Assembly (NCBI GenBank): GCA_030390025.1
Contig: CM059425.1
Span: forward strand, 175,710,001-175,774,000
DNA length: 64,000 nt
Origin: Squalus acanthias
Lineage: Eukaryota
Reading direction: 5' to 3'
Of the stretch, positions 23,234 through 35,962 are shown piece by piece; within the stretch, counting starts at the first letter, position 1; each line of letters opens with the position of its first letter. The notes under the pieces are model-generated. The model was not told the origin of the DNA. It worked only from the letters and a program-made list of their open reading frames with translations, and made no database searches. The position numbers and the translations under genes are program-made.

Positions 23234-23717
23234 TCAGCTGCTGGCTGTCCTGTTCCATGCCCTCTCGTACCTGTCCACCCTCTCATTCATCAGCTCCTGG
23301 ACCAGCAAGTGTTTCTTCATCGTAATGTTATGTAGTACGCAATATCCTACAATGATTCTTGAAACTCTCGCTGGGCTGTATTGCAGGGTTGTAACCGAGT
23401 TAACCAGGCACCTAAAACAAGACTTCAGATTGCCTATAGTTTGCGCCATAACATTTCTTGCAGTTGCATGGGCCTCAGCATATCTGTTGTTCCCTTCTGT
23501 CTGGAGGAGCCTACTGGAGTAATCAGCCATGACTGCAGGGAATTGCCCTGATTACCAATCCACCATCCTGATACATTGCTCGAGATCTGAGGGCCAGCAT
23601 GGTGGCTGGTAACCTGATGAAAATGTCATGGCAGCTTCCTGGGTATCTTGCATTGATGTGCAGGATAAAAGGATTGGAATTGGACACTAACTGCATATTA
23701 ATAGACTGACAAAACAT
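23234..23717 (-). pseudogene. Degenerate Harbinger (HARBI1-like) transposase fragment
   Basis: [49 protein letters not shown]. Confidence 0.85.
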
Positions 23718-24037
23718 CCAGACACTCCTACAGAAACCCAGTCAATTGGGTATACAAGCCCAGAAGCTTGAGGTTCTCTTTACCTGCTTTCTTTTGGATC
23801 CGCATCTTCAGCTTGCTGCCTGCTGGTTCAATAAGAGCAGTCCAGCTTTAAGTCACGCAGCTCACTCTTAAGTGCTTTCTCTGCATCCATCTGCCCATGT
23901 ATTTTCAGGGCCGTAACGAGCCAATTACTGGCAGCACTTGTATCATTCTCCCCCCCAGCAACATTAAATGAGCTGAACCCGGTGTTTCTGATGGGGTTAA
24001 CGTCAAGGGCAATAGAATGGGCGAAGTCAGACTCCAT

Positions 24038-24912
24038 CTTCTTCTTCTTCTTAGGCAGTCCCTCGGAACCGAGGATGACTTGCTTCCACACTAAAAATGA
24101 GTTCTCAGGTGACTGATGAGTCCAATGCGGGACCGACAGTCTCTGTCACAGGTAGAGCAGACGGTGGTTGAAGGGGCGGGTCGGTGGGGTGCTTGGGTTG
24201 ACGTGCGCTCCTTCCGCTGTTTGTGCTTGGTTTCCGCTTGCTCCCGGCAAAGAGACTCGAGGTGTTCGGCACCTTCCCGGATGCTTCTCCTCCACTTTGT
24301 GCGGTCTTGGGCCAAGGATTCCCAGGTGTCAGTGGGGATGTTGTACTTTTTCAAGGAGGCTTTGAGGGTGTCCTTGAAGCATTTCCTCTGCCCACCTGGG
24401 GCTCTCTTGCCATGTCGGAGCTCCGAGTAGAGCGCTTGTTTTGGGAGTCTCGTATCGGGCATGCGGACAATGTGGCCCATCCATCGGAGCTGATCGAGCG
24501 TGGTCAAAGCTTCGATGCTGGGGATGTTGGCCTGAGCGAGAACACTGATGTTGGTGCGCCTATCCTGCCAATGGATTTGCAGGATCTTGCGGAGGCAGCG
24601 TTGGTGGTACCTCTCCAGTGCTTTGAGGTGCCTACTGTACATGGTCCATGTCTCTGAAGCATACAGCAGGGCGGGTATCACTACTGCTCTGTAGACCATG
24701 AGCTTGGTGCTGGGTTTGAGGTCCTGGTCTTCAAACACTCTTTTCCTCAGGCGACCGAAGGCTGCACTGGCACACTGAAGGCGGTGTTGGACTTCGTCAT
24801 CGACGTCTGCCCTTGTTGACAGTAGGCTCCCGAGGTATGGAAAGTGGTCCACGTTGTCCAAGGCCTCGTCATGGATTTTGATAATTGGGGAACAGTACTG
24901 TGTGGCAGGGGC
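24038..24912 (-). mobile_element. RTE-clade LINE 3' fragment
   Basis: FPYLGS..LLYASETW..RWMGHIVRM..C-terminal zinc finger CSTC..SHLRTH; (GAA)n tail. Confidence 0.9.
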
Positions 24913-25411
24913 ATCAAACATATGATAGCAGATCATGAGACCCAGTATTCTGAGGCAATATTGTTTCACACTGACCCTGTTAAAATTAATTCCTTGATTT
25001 TGAATCCAGGCATTGAGTACTTCATAATTATGGACTACAGATATTAAATGCAGGTCACCTAAGGTCACAGACAATTAAGATTAATTTTAACAGCTTTTTG
25101 ATTAAAAATTATGAATCATTTTAGTCGCGTAGTACAGGCTCTGCTATAATCCCTTCAAACTGGAAGGAAAATGAAGCTTCACTGGCCTCTGTTGCGGTAA
25201 CCCATCTTGTTCTTGATTCAGATTTTTTTCTTTGATGGATTAAGTGAGGACGCCTCAAATTTTAATCTTTCATCGCATAATAATTTGTAAGGAAAAAAAA
25301 GCAGGATATTCTTTAGCTTCATCCTGAGTTCATCTCAGCAGATTATCCAGAATAATCAAACTATTCTGATGAAGTAATGATTCAACTATTTTTGAGTGAG
25401 TCATAGTCATA

Positions 25412-26004
25412 GGGTGAAAAATTGAGTCGCGCCCCCTTTGGGGCGCTAGCACTCCGGAAAAGTTAGCACCCCCGCGACCAAAATTGAGTGGTTGTGCCCC
25501 AAGAGGGAGGCGGGGCGCTACTGGAAGTGCCCCGCCTCCCTCTTGGGGCGCTCCGAGGGAATATCGCGCTACGTGCCGGCAAAAGAGCCCGGCACTCAAG
25601 AGAAGTGCCGGGCTCCTGGAGCGCAGCCGGCACTCCGCGGGGGGGGCGGGTAAGGAGGCCGGGGACGGGAGCGGAGGCAGGTGCTGGCAGGCGGCCAGCA
25701 ACAAAAATGGCCGCCCGGCACCTAGCCTTTAAATAGCGCCGCCCCGGCCGCAGGTAGGCCTCCCTGACCCCGTCGGATATAGCGTCCGGTGGTAAGTCAG
25801 GGGGCGCTACCGAAGATCGCGGCCGGGGCGCGAGTGGGGCGCTGCGCACAGCGATGATGTCATTGCTGGCAGCGCAGCGCCGCGGGGCGCTAACCTCCTG
25901 CTGAATTTCGCGAGAGGCGTTGGCAGCGCTACGCCCGGGTGCTAGCTGCTTTGCGCCCCGTTAGGGCACTAACGGGAGGCGCAAAGCAACCCAATTTTTC
26001 CCCC
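25412..26004 (-). mobile_element. GC-rich Harbinger-type MITE, family X copy 1
   Basis: TIRs GGGTGAAAAATTGAG / CCAATTTTTCCCCC; 3-bp TSD ATA; sits in a CR1 tail repeat. Confidence 0.85.
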
Positions 26005-26120
26005 ATAGAGTCATAATGGCACAGAAGGAGGCCATTCTGCCCATCGAGTTGGTGCCAGCTCTCTGTAGAGCAATCCAGTCCGTCCCATTCCCCTGCTCTA
26101 TCCCCATAGCCCATCATAAT
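26005..26120 (-). mobile_element. CR1 3' UTR/tail fragment
   Basis: Reverse complement of the CR1 3' end seen at 33830-33938. Confidence 0.8.
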
Positions 26121-27926
26121 TGAAATATCAAAACTAGTTTTGAATGTAGCTGTTTTAAATGCTTTCGATAATATAACTTTAACGTTGACTGTGCCTCTGA
26201 GCTGATGGTAAAGCTATCGTTGATATTTCTGTTTGGCTTTGTATTTTCTCCTTTTCAATACAGACAATGCAGTGTTTCCTATGATGTCAAGGAGGGCACC
26301 CTTTACAATACTTCTGGTCCACGACTCATTTGCTGTCCCTGACATTATATTATGTGTGGGTTGTCTGCATTAGCCATCTGCTCCTACATTGTATTTATTT
26401 AAAACCTGCACAATTTAAGCTGCCTCCTTTAGGAGAAACTTACAAAAAGCTTCTTTCAGATCACAGCCTTGGTAGGTGACTTTTATGCTTTCTCATTCAG
26501 GAAAAAAGAGATGGAAATTCACAAAATAATTTTATAGCCTATGGTTATACTGTTTGCAACAATCTTCTTTGCATTGCCCTGGGAGGAAAATTGATTTCTG
26601 CGTAACCCTAAATATAAGGGGAGATATCTGTACACTTCATAAAGTCTTAGGCCTAGAAATTGGATAAGGCACGAAAATGGGCGTGGGGATCGCGATGTGC
26701 TATCAACTCATGCCCATTCAGAGGATTGTAGGCAGCACACAAACTTCTCATCTCACCCTTCTATGTATTGAATTGAGTGCCTCAGGGATTTCGTTCCAAT
26801 GACTTGGTTTCAGAATCTCAATACAAATTGGTCAAATTTATATAAAATACCAAACTAGGAGGGGCCGTGAAAGTGAAGAAGGCAGCTCAGACTTACAGAA
26901 TAAGTTTGACAAAATATGTAAGTGAGCAGAGGAATTTGATGACATTCAATGCAGACAAGTGTGAGGTACTCCACATAGGAAGGAAACATTGGTAGCATGT
27001 GTACACCAAGGCTGAAGTTGCAAAAGACCTAGGAATCTTTGTAGATTACAAGAGTGGAACAAAGGGACACAGGTTCCAGATAATAGAAGGTAGATTTAGG
27101 ATGCACATCAGATTGTTCTTCTTCAAACAAAGCGGTCAATTTTAACTTGCTGAAATGCGTATTAACGGGACGGTAACAACCTCACAATGGGGTCGGTAGA
27201 CTTGGCGCCCAGTTAGACTGGGCAAACCAAATTTGCAGTAATAGTGCAGAGCACGAGTTCATGGAATGTATTCAGGATAATTTTCTAGATCAGTATGTCG
27301 AGGAACCAACAAGGGAACAGGCTATTTTAGATCTAGGATTGCGCAATGAGACATGGTTAATTAATAAGCTTGTAGTAAAGGAGCCTCTGGGGTACAGTGA
27401 TCATAATATGATAGAATTTTATATTGAGTTTCAGAGTGATTTAGTTAAATCCGAAACTAGGGTCTTAAATCTGAACAAAGTAAACTACATAGGTATGAGA
27501 GGTGAATTGGCTAAGACAGGTTGGGAAAATAGATTAAAAGATATGACGCTAAATAAGCAATGGCAAACATTTAAAGAAATAATTCATAATTCACAACCCC
27601 ATGGGAAAAATGGTCTAACTGTGGCTAACAAGAGAAGTTACAGATAGTATTAGATTAAAGGAAGAGGCTTATAATGTTGCCAAAAGAGTAGTAAGCCTGA
27701 GGTTTGGGAGGATTTTAGAATTCAGCAAAGGAGGAACAAGAAATTGATAAAGAAAGGGAAAATAGAATGAGAGTAAACTAGCAAGAGACATAAAAACAGA
27801 TTGTAAAAGCTTCTATAGGTATGTAAAAAGAGATTAGTGAAAGTAAATGTGGGTCCTTTAGAGACAGAGACAGGAGAAATTATAATGGGGAATGAGGAAA
27901 TGGCAGAGACATTAAACAAATATTTT

Positions 27927-28838
27927 GGGGGGAATTTTAACTTTAAAAAACAGGTCAGTTTGTAATGTGGGGGTAGTTAAATTGTTAAAAATTGGATTCC
28001 CGACCTGAACCCGCCTCCAACCTGCCAACTTCCGGTTTTAATGGAGGCGGGATGGGGTGTGGGATGGGGCGGGCGACCAACCAGCTCCCTGGGGACGGAA
28101 TGTTAATTTAAATATTAGAATGAGGCTGGAAGCCTCTTCTTTAACTTCCATTTTGTCTTTAACTGCATGTGGACAGGTTTCACACAATTCGTGAAACCCG
28201 GCAGTTACAGCAAGACGGGGACTGCTGCATCCAGCAGGTAAGTGCCTTTACACTTACCTCCTGGATCCAGGGTCCCTGCCTAACCCAACCCCTGCGATCG
28301 GAGGCCGCCTCACGAGGCCTCCGATCACCCCACCAGGCATTCTCCCCCCACCCCCAGCGATGTTGCTGAGGCCAACCACGATCCTCCGGTGGCCGACCCC
28401 AATCTTCCCTTCACCCCCCACCCCCACAATCATCCGGCTCTGATCCTCTCTCTCCCCACCCCGATCCTCTGCCCGACCCCCACCACTGATCCATTTAACG
28501 GACCCGCCCGACGACCGATCCTCTATCCCACCACACCCACCGATCCATTTAACGGTCTGGCCCAACCCCCGATCCTTTATCCCCCCCCCGGATTCATTTA
28601 CCGGCCCGACCCCCACACAAACCCTCCCATTCATCTTTGTGCGGCAGCAGGCCTACCCACCCGCAGCCAGCCAGTCTCTCAATCTGGCTGGCTGCGGGCA
28701 GGAAACCAAGGCCTCATATGCAAATCAGGCCCTGCCATTAAAGTTGGCAGTGCCGGCGGGAAACCCGGCCTCACGGGTTTTCCGACTACCTCGGAGCCCC
28801 CCCACCCCCAACCCGCCTTCCTCCTTAAAATTCCGGCC
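27927..28838. mobile_element. Non-autonomous Harbinger-type element
   Basis: Ends GGGGGGAATTTTAA / TTAAAATTCCGGCC; the CR1 host rejoins as AAATATTTT|GTATCTGTC with a ~3-bp duplication. Confidence 0.75.
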
Positions 28839-29348
28839 TATGTATCTGTCTTCACGGAAGAAGACACAAAAAATATTCTGGAAATAGTGGGGAAACAAGG
28901 GTCTAGTGAGAATGAGGAACTTAAATAAGTTATTATTAGTAAAGAAATAGTACTGGAAAAATTAATGGGACTAAAAGCCTTCAAATCTCCTGGACCTGAT
29001 GGCCTACATCCTAGGGTTTTAAAAGAGGTAGCTCCAGAGATAGTGGATGCATTGGTTTTGATCTTCCAGAAATCCTTAGATTCTAGAATGGTCCCCACGG
29101 ATTGGACGGTAGCAAATGTAACCCCATTATTCAAGAAAGGAGGGAGAAAGAAAACAGGGAACTGTAGACCAGTTAGCCTGACATCAGTAGTAAGGAAAAT
29201 GCTAGAATCTATTATTAGGGACGTGGTAAGAGGACATTTAGAAAATAATAATAGGATTGGGCAAAGTCAACACGGATTTATGAAAGGGAAATTGTGTTTG
29301 ACAAATCTAATAGAGTTTTTTGAGGTTGTAACTAGCAGTGTAGATAAG

Positions 29349-29552
29349 TGTGAGAAGTCGCACAACACCAGGTTATAGTCCAACAGTTTTATTTGAAATC
29401 ACAAACTTTCGGAGCGCTGCTCCTTCCTGACGAAGGAGCAGCGCTCTGAAAGCTTGTGATTTCAAATAAAGCTGTTGGACAAGAACCTGGTGTTGTGCGA
29501 CTTCTCACATTTGTCCACCCCAGTCCAACACCGGCATCTCCACATCATGGCT
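29349..29552. mobile_element. Short palindromic Penelope-like terminal-repeat insertion with hammerhead motif
   Basis: ~80-bp inverted arms; CTGACGA-AGGAGCAGCGCTCT-GAAA core; 12-bp TSD AGTGTAGATAAG (29337-29348 / 29553-29564). Confidence 0.8.
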
Positions 29553-30180
29553 AGTGTAGATAAGGGGGAACTAGTGGATGTCGTGTTCTTGGATTTTCAG
29601 AAGGCATTCGATAAGGTGCCACAAAAGAGTTTATTAAACAAAATTAGGGCTCATGGGATTGGGGGCAATATATTAGCATGGATTGAGGATTGGTTAATGG
29701 ACAGAAAACAGAGAGTAGGAATAAACGGGTCATTTTCAGGTTGGCAGGCTGTAACTAGTGGGCTACCACAAGGATCAGTGCTTGGGCTTCAGCTATTTAT
29801 AATCTATGTCAATGACTTAGATGAGGGGACTGAGTGTAAAGTATTCAAGTTTGCTGATGATACAAAGCTAGGTGGGAAAGTAAGTTGTGAGGAGGATGTA
29901 AAGAGGCTGCAAAGGGATATAGACAGGTTAAGTGAATGGGCAAGAACATGGCAGATGGAATTTAATGTGGAGAAATGTGAAGTTATCCACTATGGCAGGA
30001 AAAATAGAAAAGCAGAATATTTTTTAAATGGTGGGAGATTGAGAAATGTTGGTATTCAGAGGGACCTGGGTGTCCTTGTACATAAATCATAGAAAGTTAA
30101 CATGCAGGTACAGCAAGCAATTAGAAAAGCAAATGGTATGTTGGTCTTTATTACAAATGGATTGGGGTATAAGAGTGAAG

Positions 30181-30670
30181 GGGGGAAAAATTGGGTTGCT
30201 TTGCGCCTCCCATTTAACGGGGCGCAAAGCAATTAGCGCCTGGGTGCAGCGCCACCCACGCCTCCTGCGAAATTCAGCGGGAGGTTAGCGGCGGCGCTAA
30301 CCGTTAGTGCCCTGCTCGCGCCCCTGCCGTGATCTTCAGGAGCGCCCCCTGACTTACCGCTGGATGCTATGTCCGACGGGGTCAGGGGGGCCTACCTGCG
30401 GCCGGGGAGGCTTGATTTAAAGGCGAGGTGCGGGGCGGCCATTTTTGTTGCTGGCCGCCTGCACCTGCTTGCGCTCCCGTCCCCGGCCTCCTGAACCGCC
30501 CCCCTCCCCGCGGGGTGCTGGCTGCGCTCCAAGACCCCGGCACTTCTCTTGAATGCTGGGCTCTTTTGCCGGCACTCCCGATCCCCGGGGGCCTAGCTGG
30601 GCCCCGGGTCGCGCTGCGCAAGGCCCCTCCCCTTTAAGAAGGGGAGGAATGCCTGCAATACTGCGGTGGT
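30181..30670 (+). mobile_element. GC-rich Harbinger-type MITE, family X copy 2 (truncated)
   Basis: Starts GGGGGAAAAATTGGGTTGC; colinear with 46135-46690. Confidence 0.85.
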
Positions 30671-30769
30671 TTTTGGGTGAGAGGTTTTCACATCTTAACA
30701 GGGACTGCCGGATTTCCCATCCATTAATTTACTGGGGTGCTGTCACATCCATGTCATCCATTACATTCC

Positions 30770-33700
30770 ATGTAATCTCCGAAATAATCCCGGTGCCACG
30801 TGCTAGTGAGTACAGGAATAAGAGGACAGAACAGATGAATGCGTGGCTGGAGAGATGGTGCAGGAGGGAGTGCTTTAGATTCCTGAGGCATTGGGACCAT
30901 TTCTGGGGAAGGTGGGACCTGTATAAGCCGGACGGGTTACACCTCAACAGAGCTGGGACCAATATTCTCATGTGGAGGTTTGCTAGTGCTGTTGGGGAGG
31001 GTTTAAACTAGCTTGGCAGGGGGATGGGCACCAGCATATAGGAGTAGAAAAGAAGAATAAGGTGCATAAAAGAGTGAGTGTGTTGGATAGTACTAGAGAA
31101 GAAAGTAGTACTAGAGGCGGAAGTAGCACCATATTAGATAGGAGCAGACAAAGAAAGACTACGAAAAATTCAAAAATGTGTTTAGAATGCATGTACGTAA
31201 ACGCACAAAGTGTGGTGAATAAGGTTGGTGAGCTACAAGCACAATTAGCCATGTGGCAATATGATGTTGTGGCAATAACAGAAACGTGGCTTAAAAACGG
31301 TGAGGACTGGGCACTTAATATTCAAGGGTACAAGGTGTTCAGAAAAGATAGGGAAGGAAAAAAGGGAGGTGGGGTGGCAGTGCTGATTAAGGAAGACATT
31401 GTTATGTTGGAAAGAGAGATGTTCTTGAGGGGATATTTGGTTAGAGTTGAGGAGCAAAAAGGGTATGATCACGCTATTGGGGGTATTCTACAGACCTCCA
31501 AATAGTGAGAGGGAGGTAGAGGAGCAAATCTGCAGGGAAATCGCAGAGATATGCAAGAGCTATAGAGTGGTGATATTGGGGGACTTTAATTACCCAAATA
31601 TCGATTGGGATAATGCTAGGGTAAAGGGAAAGGAGGGGGAGGAACTTCTAAAATGTGTTCAGGAGAATTTCATTGACCAATATGTTCTTCGCCCAACTAG
31701 GAAGGAGGCATTGCTGGATCTGGTGCTGGGGAATGAGGTGGGCCAGGTCGACCAAGTGTCTGTGGGAGAACACTTGGGTGCGAGTGATCATCGTATTATA
31801 AGATTTAGATTAGCAATGGAGAGGAGCAAGGAACAATCTAGAATTGAACTTCTAAACTGGAATAGGGCTAATTTCATTGGGATGCGAAAGGATCTAGCCA
31901 GGGTAAAATGGAACCAAAGACTGACAGGAAAAACTGTAACAGAACAATGAGTGATCTTTAAGGAGGAGATGTTCCAAGTACAGGCTAGGTACATTCCAAC
32001 AAGAGGGAAGGGTAAGGGAACCAAAGCAAGGGCTCCTTGGATGACGAGGAGAGATAGAGAAGATGATGAAACAAAAAAGAGGGTGTATGATGCATGTCGG
32101 GTGAATTCTTCAAGGGAGAAGCAGACCAAATACAATAAGTTGAGGGGGGAAGTGAAGATGGCAAGCAATCTTTTATGAGGACTATGGGGCCTATTAGAGA
32201 CAAAGAAGGTGATATATGCTTAGAGGCGCAGGGCAAGGCTAGAATACTCAATGAGTACTTTGTATCGGTGTTTAATAAGGAGGTGGATGCTGACAAAATA
32301 TCGGTAGAAGTGGAAAAGGTAGAAGCAATGGAAGGGGTGAAAATTGATAGATAGGATGCACTAGAAAGGCTGGGTATGCTTAGAGTGGACAAGTTGCCTG
32401 GTCCAGATGGCTTGCATCCCAGGTTGATAAGGGAATTGGGGGAGGAGATAGCAGAAGGGCTTGCCATAATTTTCCAATCTTCCCTGGTGGTGCCTAAGGA
32501 TTGGAAAGTGACAAATGTGACACCATTGTTCAAGAAAGGGTGTAAGGACAATCCTAGTAACTACAGGCTGGTCAGTTAAACATCAGTGGTGGGTAAAGAT
32601 TTAGAAACAATAATCAAGGAAAAAATTAACGGGAACGTGGAGCGATTTAAGCTAATTAAGGAGAGCCAACACGGATTTGTAAAAGGCAGATCGTGTTTGA
32701 CTAATCTAATTGAATTTTTTGATAAAATAACAGGGAGGATTGATGAAGGGAATGCAATGGATGTTGTCTACATGGATTTTCAGAAGGCGTTTGACAAAGT
32801 ACCACATAGAAGGCTGGTTAACAAACTTGACGCTCATGGAATAGGTGGGTCAGTGGCAGCTTGGATAAGGAATTGGCTTAAGGACAGAAAACAGTGATTT
32901 GTGGTAAATGGCTGTATTTCAGGCTGGAGGATGGTAGACAGTGGTGTTCCCCAAGGGTCAGTGCTGGGGCCACTGCTTTTTTTGATATATATAAATGACC
33001 TGGATATTGGAATACAGAGTAGAATTTCTAAATTTTCCGATGACATCAAACTTGGGGGTGTGGCAAACAGTGAGGATGATACCAATTGACTGCAACAGGA
33101 CTTAGAAAGGCTAGCAGAATGGGCAGACAAGTGGCAGATGGAATTTAATACAGAGAAGTGTGAGGTGATGCATTTTGGCAGAAGGAACAGGGAGAGGCAA
33201 TATACACTTAATAGCACAGTTTTAAAGAGTGTGCAGGGACAGAGGGACCTGGGAGTTAATGTACATAGGTCCCTGAAGGTGGCGGGACATATTGAGAGAG
33301 TGGTTAGCAAAGCATGTGGGATCTTGGGCTTCATAAATAGAGGTATTGAGTACAAAAGTTATGCTGAACCTTTATAAAGTGCTGGTTAGGCCACAACTGG
33401 AGTATTGCTTCCAGTTCTGGTCGCCGCACTTTAGGAAGGATGTGAAGGCACTTGAGAGGGTGCAAAGGAGATTTACCAGAATGGTTCCGGGGATGGGGGA
33501 TCTTAGCTACAAGGTCAGGTTGGAGAAGCTGGATTTGTTTTCATTAGAGCAAAGGAGGTTGCGGGGTGATTTGATAGAGGTGTACAAGATTATGATGGGT
33601 TTGGATAGGCTTGACGGGGAAAGGCTGTTCCCACTAGTTGATGGTACAAGGGCTAGGGGACACAGGTTTGAGGTTTTGGGCAAGACATACAGGGGGGATG

Positions 33701-33938
33701 TGAGGAAAAACTTTTTTACGCAGCGAGTGGTGAGGACCTGGAACTCGCTGCCGACGGAAGTGGTGGAAGCGGACACACTCAATGTTTTCAAGGGGAGACT
33801 GGATAGACACTTGAGGGAAATAAACTTGCAGGGCTACGGGTATAGAGCGGGAGAATGGGACTGACTGGATTGCTCTACAGAGAGCTGGCACAGACTCGAT
33901 GGGCCGAATGGCCTCCTTCTGTGCCGTTACGATTCTAT
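30770..33938 (+). mobile_element. CR1 LINE with ORF1 SGNH-esterase C-terminus and decayed ORF2
   Basis: MNAWLERWC..DGLHLNRAG (esterase) followed by EN (YVNAQSVVNK, ITETWL, LGDFN), RT and 3' tail. Confidence 0.92.
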
Positions 33939-34444
33939 GGCCGCGATTTTTCCGGCGCTCAGAGGACGGGTTTGGAGGCGGGTCAGAGGTTAAAGTTGTT
34001 TTGATTGACGGCGGGTCGGAACCCTCCGTCATCCCGCCTCCATGCAACTTTGCAAAGTGTCGGGTCTGGGAGAGACACTTAAAGCAGTTAACTGCTTGTT
34101 AACTGCCTACATAATCCAATTTTACCAGGCTCTTCCCATTTTACGACATTTTCAGCATGTTCCACGTCGTGCGTCAAACACGCCAGCTGATTGTGCCGGG
34201 TTGAGCAACTACATGAATTCTTGACAGCTGCACCTGCAGCATAAAAGCGGACCTGCAACATGGCTGACTTTCAGATGGCAGAACTTTGTGTTTTGAGGTG
34301 TTGGAACACTTTTTGCAGGTCTGTTGAGCTTGTAAGTGTTTAAGCTGATATCCATATGCACTGTGACCTCCTTGGAAAATCCTCTCCCTACATTGACTGA
34401 GTGCTTATAACATCTATTCCTCAACTGAGATATATACCAGTGGA

Positions 34445-35765
34445 ATGGGAACCATTTATACCCTCTCATCCTGGTTCTCAGAATCGGAGGAAGAGCAGCT
34501 GCGGCAGCAGCAGAACCAGGCACAATGGCAGCACCAACAACAGGAGCGCCAACCTTCTCCTCAGTTACCTGATGCTGCACAGGGCAGAGCGCCTCAGTGC
34601 AGGGCTGCACCTCGCCGCAGGAGATACCCCCAACACAAGGTTTACAGGCAGAGGATGAGCTTCCTCAACATGACTGAGCAGCAGTGCCAAAGGAAGCTGA
34701 GACTTTCGCGAGAGGTAGTCGCAGACATCTGCACAATACTGCACCAAGACCTGGAGCCCAGAGGAACGGGCAGACACTCCTTACCAGTGGCTGTCAAAGT
34801 CACCACCGCCCTCAATTTTTTTGCTTCAGGGTCCTTCCAGGGATCAGCAGCAGACATCAGCGGCATCGCCCAGTCGGCCGCACACACTTGCATCATGCAG
34901 GCCACCGATGCCCTCTTTGCAAAATCACACAATTACATCCACTTCTCCATGGATGAAGCAAGTGTAACCGCACGTGCGGTTGGCTTTGCAAATATGGCAG
35001 GCTTGCCAAGGGTGCAGGGCGTTGTAGACTGCACACATGTGGCCATTAGGGAACCCCATCACAACCCAGCTGTATTTGACAACCTGCTAGGGATTCCACT
35101 CCCTTAATGTCCAGCTGGTGTGTAACCACAGGAAGAATATTATACATGTTTGCACCACGTTCCCTGGCAGTTGCCATGACTCGTTCATCCTGCGGCAGTC
35201 TACTGTGCCTCAGCTGTTCAATCTGCCAACCCAACTTTCCGGATGGCTACTTGGAGACAAGGGCTTTCCCTGGAAGACGTGGCTAATGACACCAATGAGG
35301 AGGCCATCAAATGAAGCTGAGGAGCGCTACAATGCGAGCCATATTTCCTCCAGAGCCATCATTGAGCAAACCATCGGCTTGCTCAAAATGCGATTCAGAT
35401 GCCTCGACAGATCTGGTGGAGCTCTACAGTATGCACCAGCCAGGGTCTCCAGAATCATTGTGGTCTGCTGTGCACTGCACAAAATCGCACTGCAGCGTGG
35501 CTTACCGCTACCTGAGGAACACGTGGTTCAGCGCACGGCCTCCTCAGAAGAGGAGGAGGAGGAGGCGGCGGCAGATGAGGAAGACCTTGCGGAGGTGAAT
35601 GTGCCAGTTCCACCAGCACGCGAGCACATTGCTGGCCGTGAGGCAAGGGATGCACTAATCCATGCCAGATTCACTCAAGTTTATGAAGCAAACACATATG
35701 GCTGCCACATGGAAATGAGTGTCTGGCCGACCTTCTTAACACATCATACAGCATCTGTACAGTAA
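34445..35765 (+). pseudogene. Harbinger DDE transposase (HARBI1-like), one +1 frameshift near 35085
   Basis: [56 protein letters not shown]; the putative D-D-E triad is retained. Confidence 0.92.
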
Positions 35766-35962
35766 ACTGTGGGTTCCTATCACTCTCACCACCATCAGCA
35801 CAGATGAAAGGCGCCCTGACACCTCACTGACACTTCCATTTCTGGGCACACATAGGCCAACTCTTTGAATCTTTGCCATTGCATTTCTTTATTACAATTG
35901 AAATAACGATGAGAATCTTCACTTTGTATTACATCAAAACACCCAAGTGACTACCTTTGTGA

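Larger units (their letters stand above)
27240..30180 (+). mobile_element. CR1 LINE ORF2 (EN-RT), interrupted by a MITE and a Penelope palindrome
   Basis: EN (EPTREQAILDL, SDHNMI) and RT ([16 protein letters not shown]) ORF fragments. Confidence 0.9.

Noticed and set aside
23828..24036. GFSSFNVAGG as a PDZ-like host exon
   Set aside because: Single short motif with no supported splice structure; the ORF starts inside an RTE tail.
25330..25849. Overlapping GC-rich ORFs here and at 30382-30637 and 46183-46816
   Set aside because: They arise from the non-coding GC-rich MITE, and frames are not conserved among the three copies.
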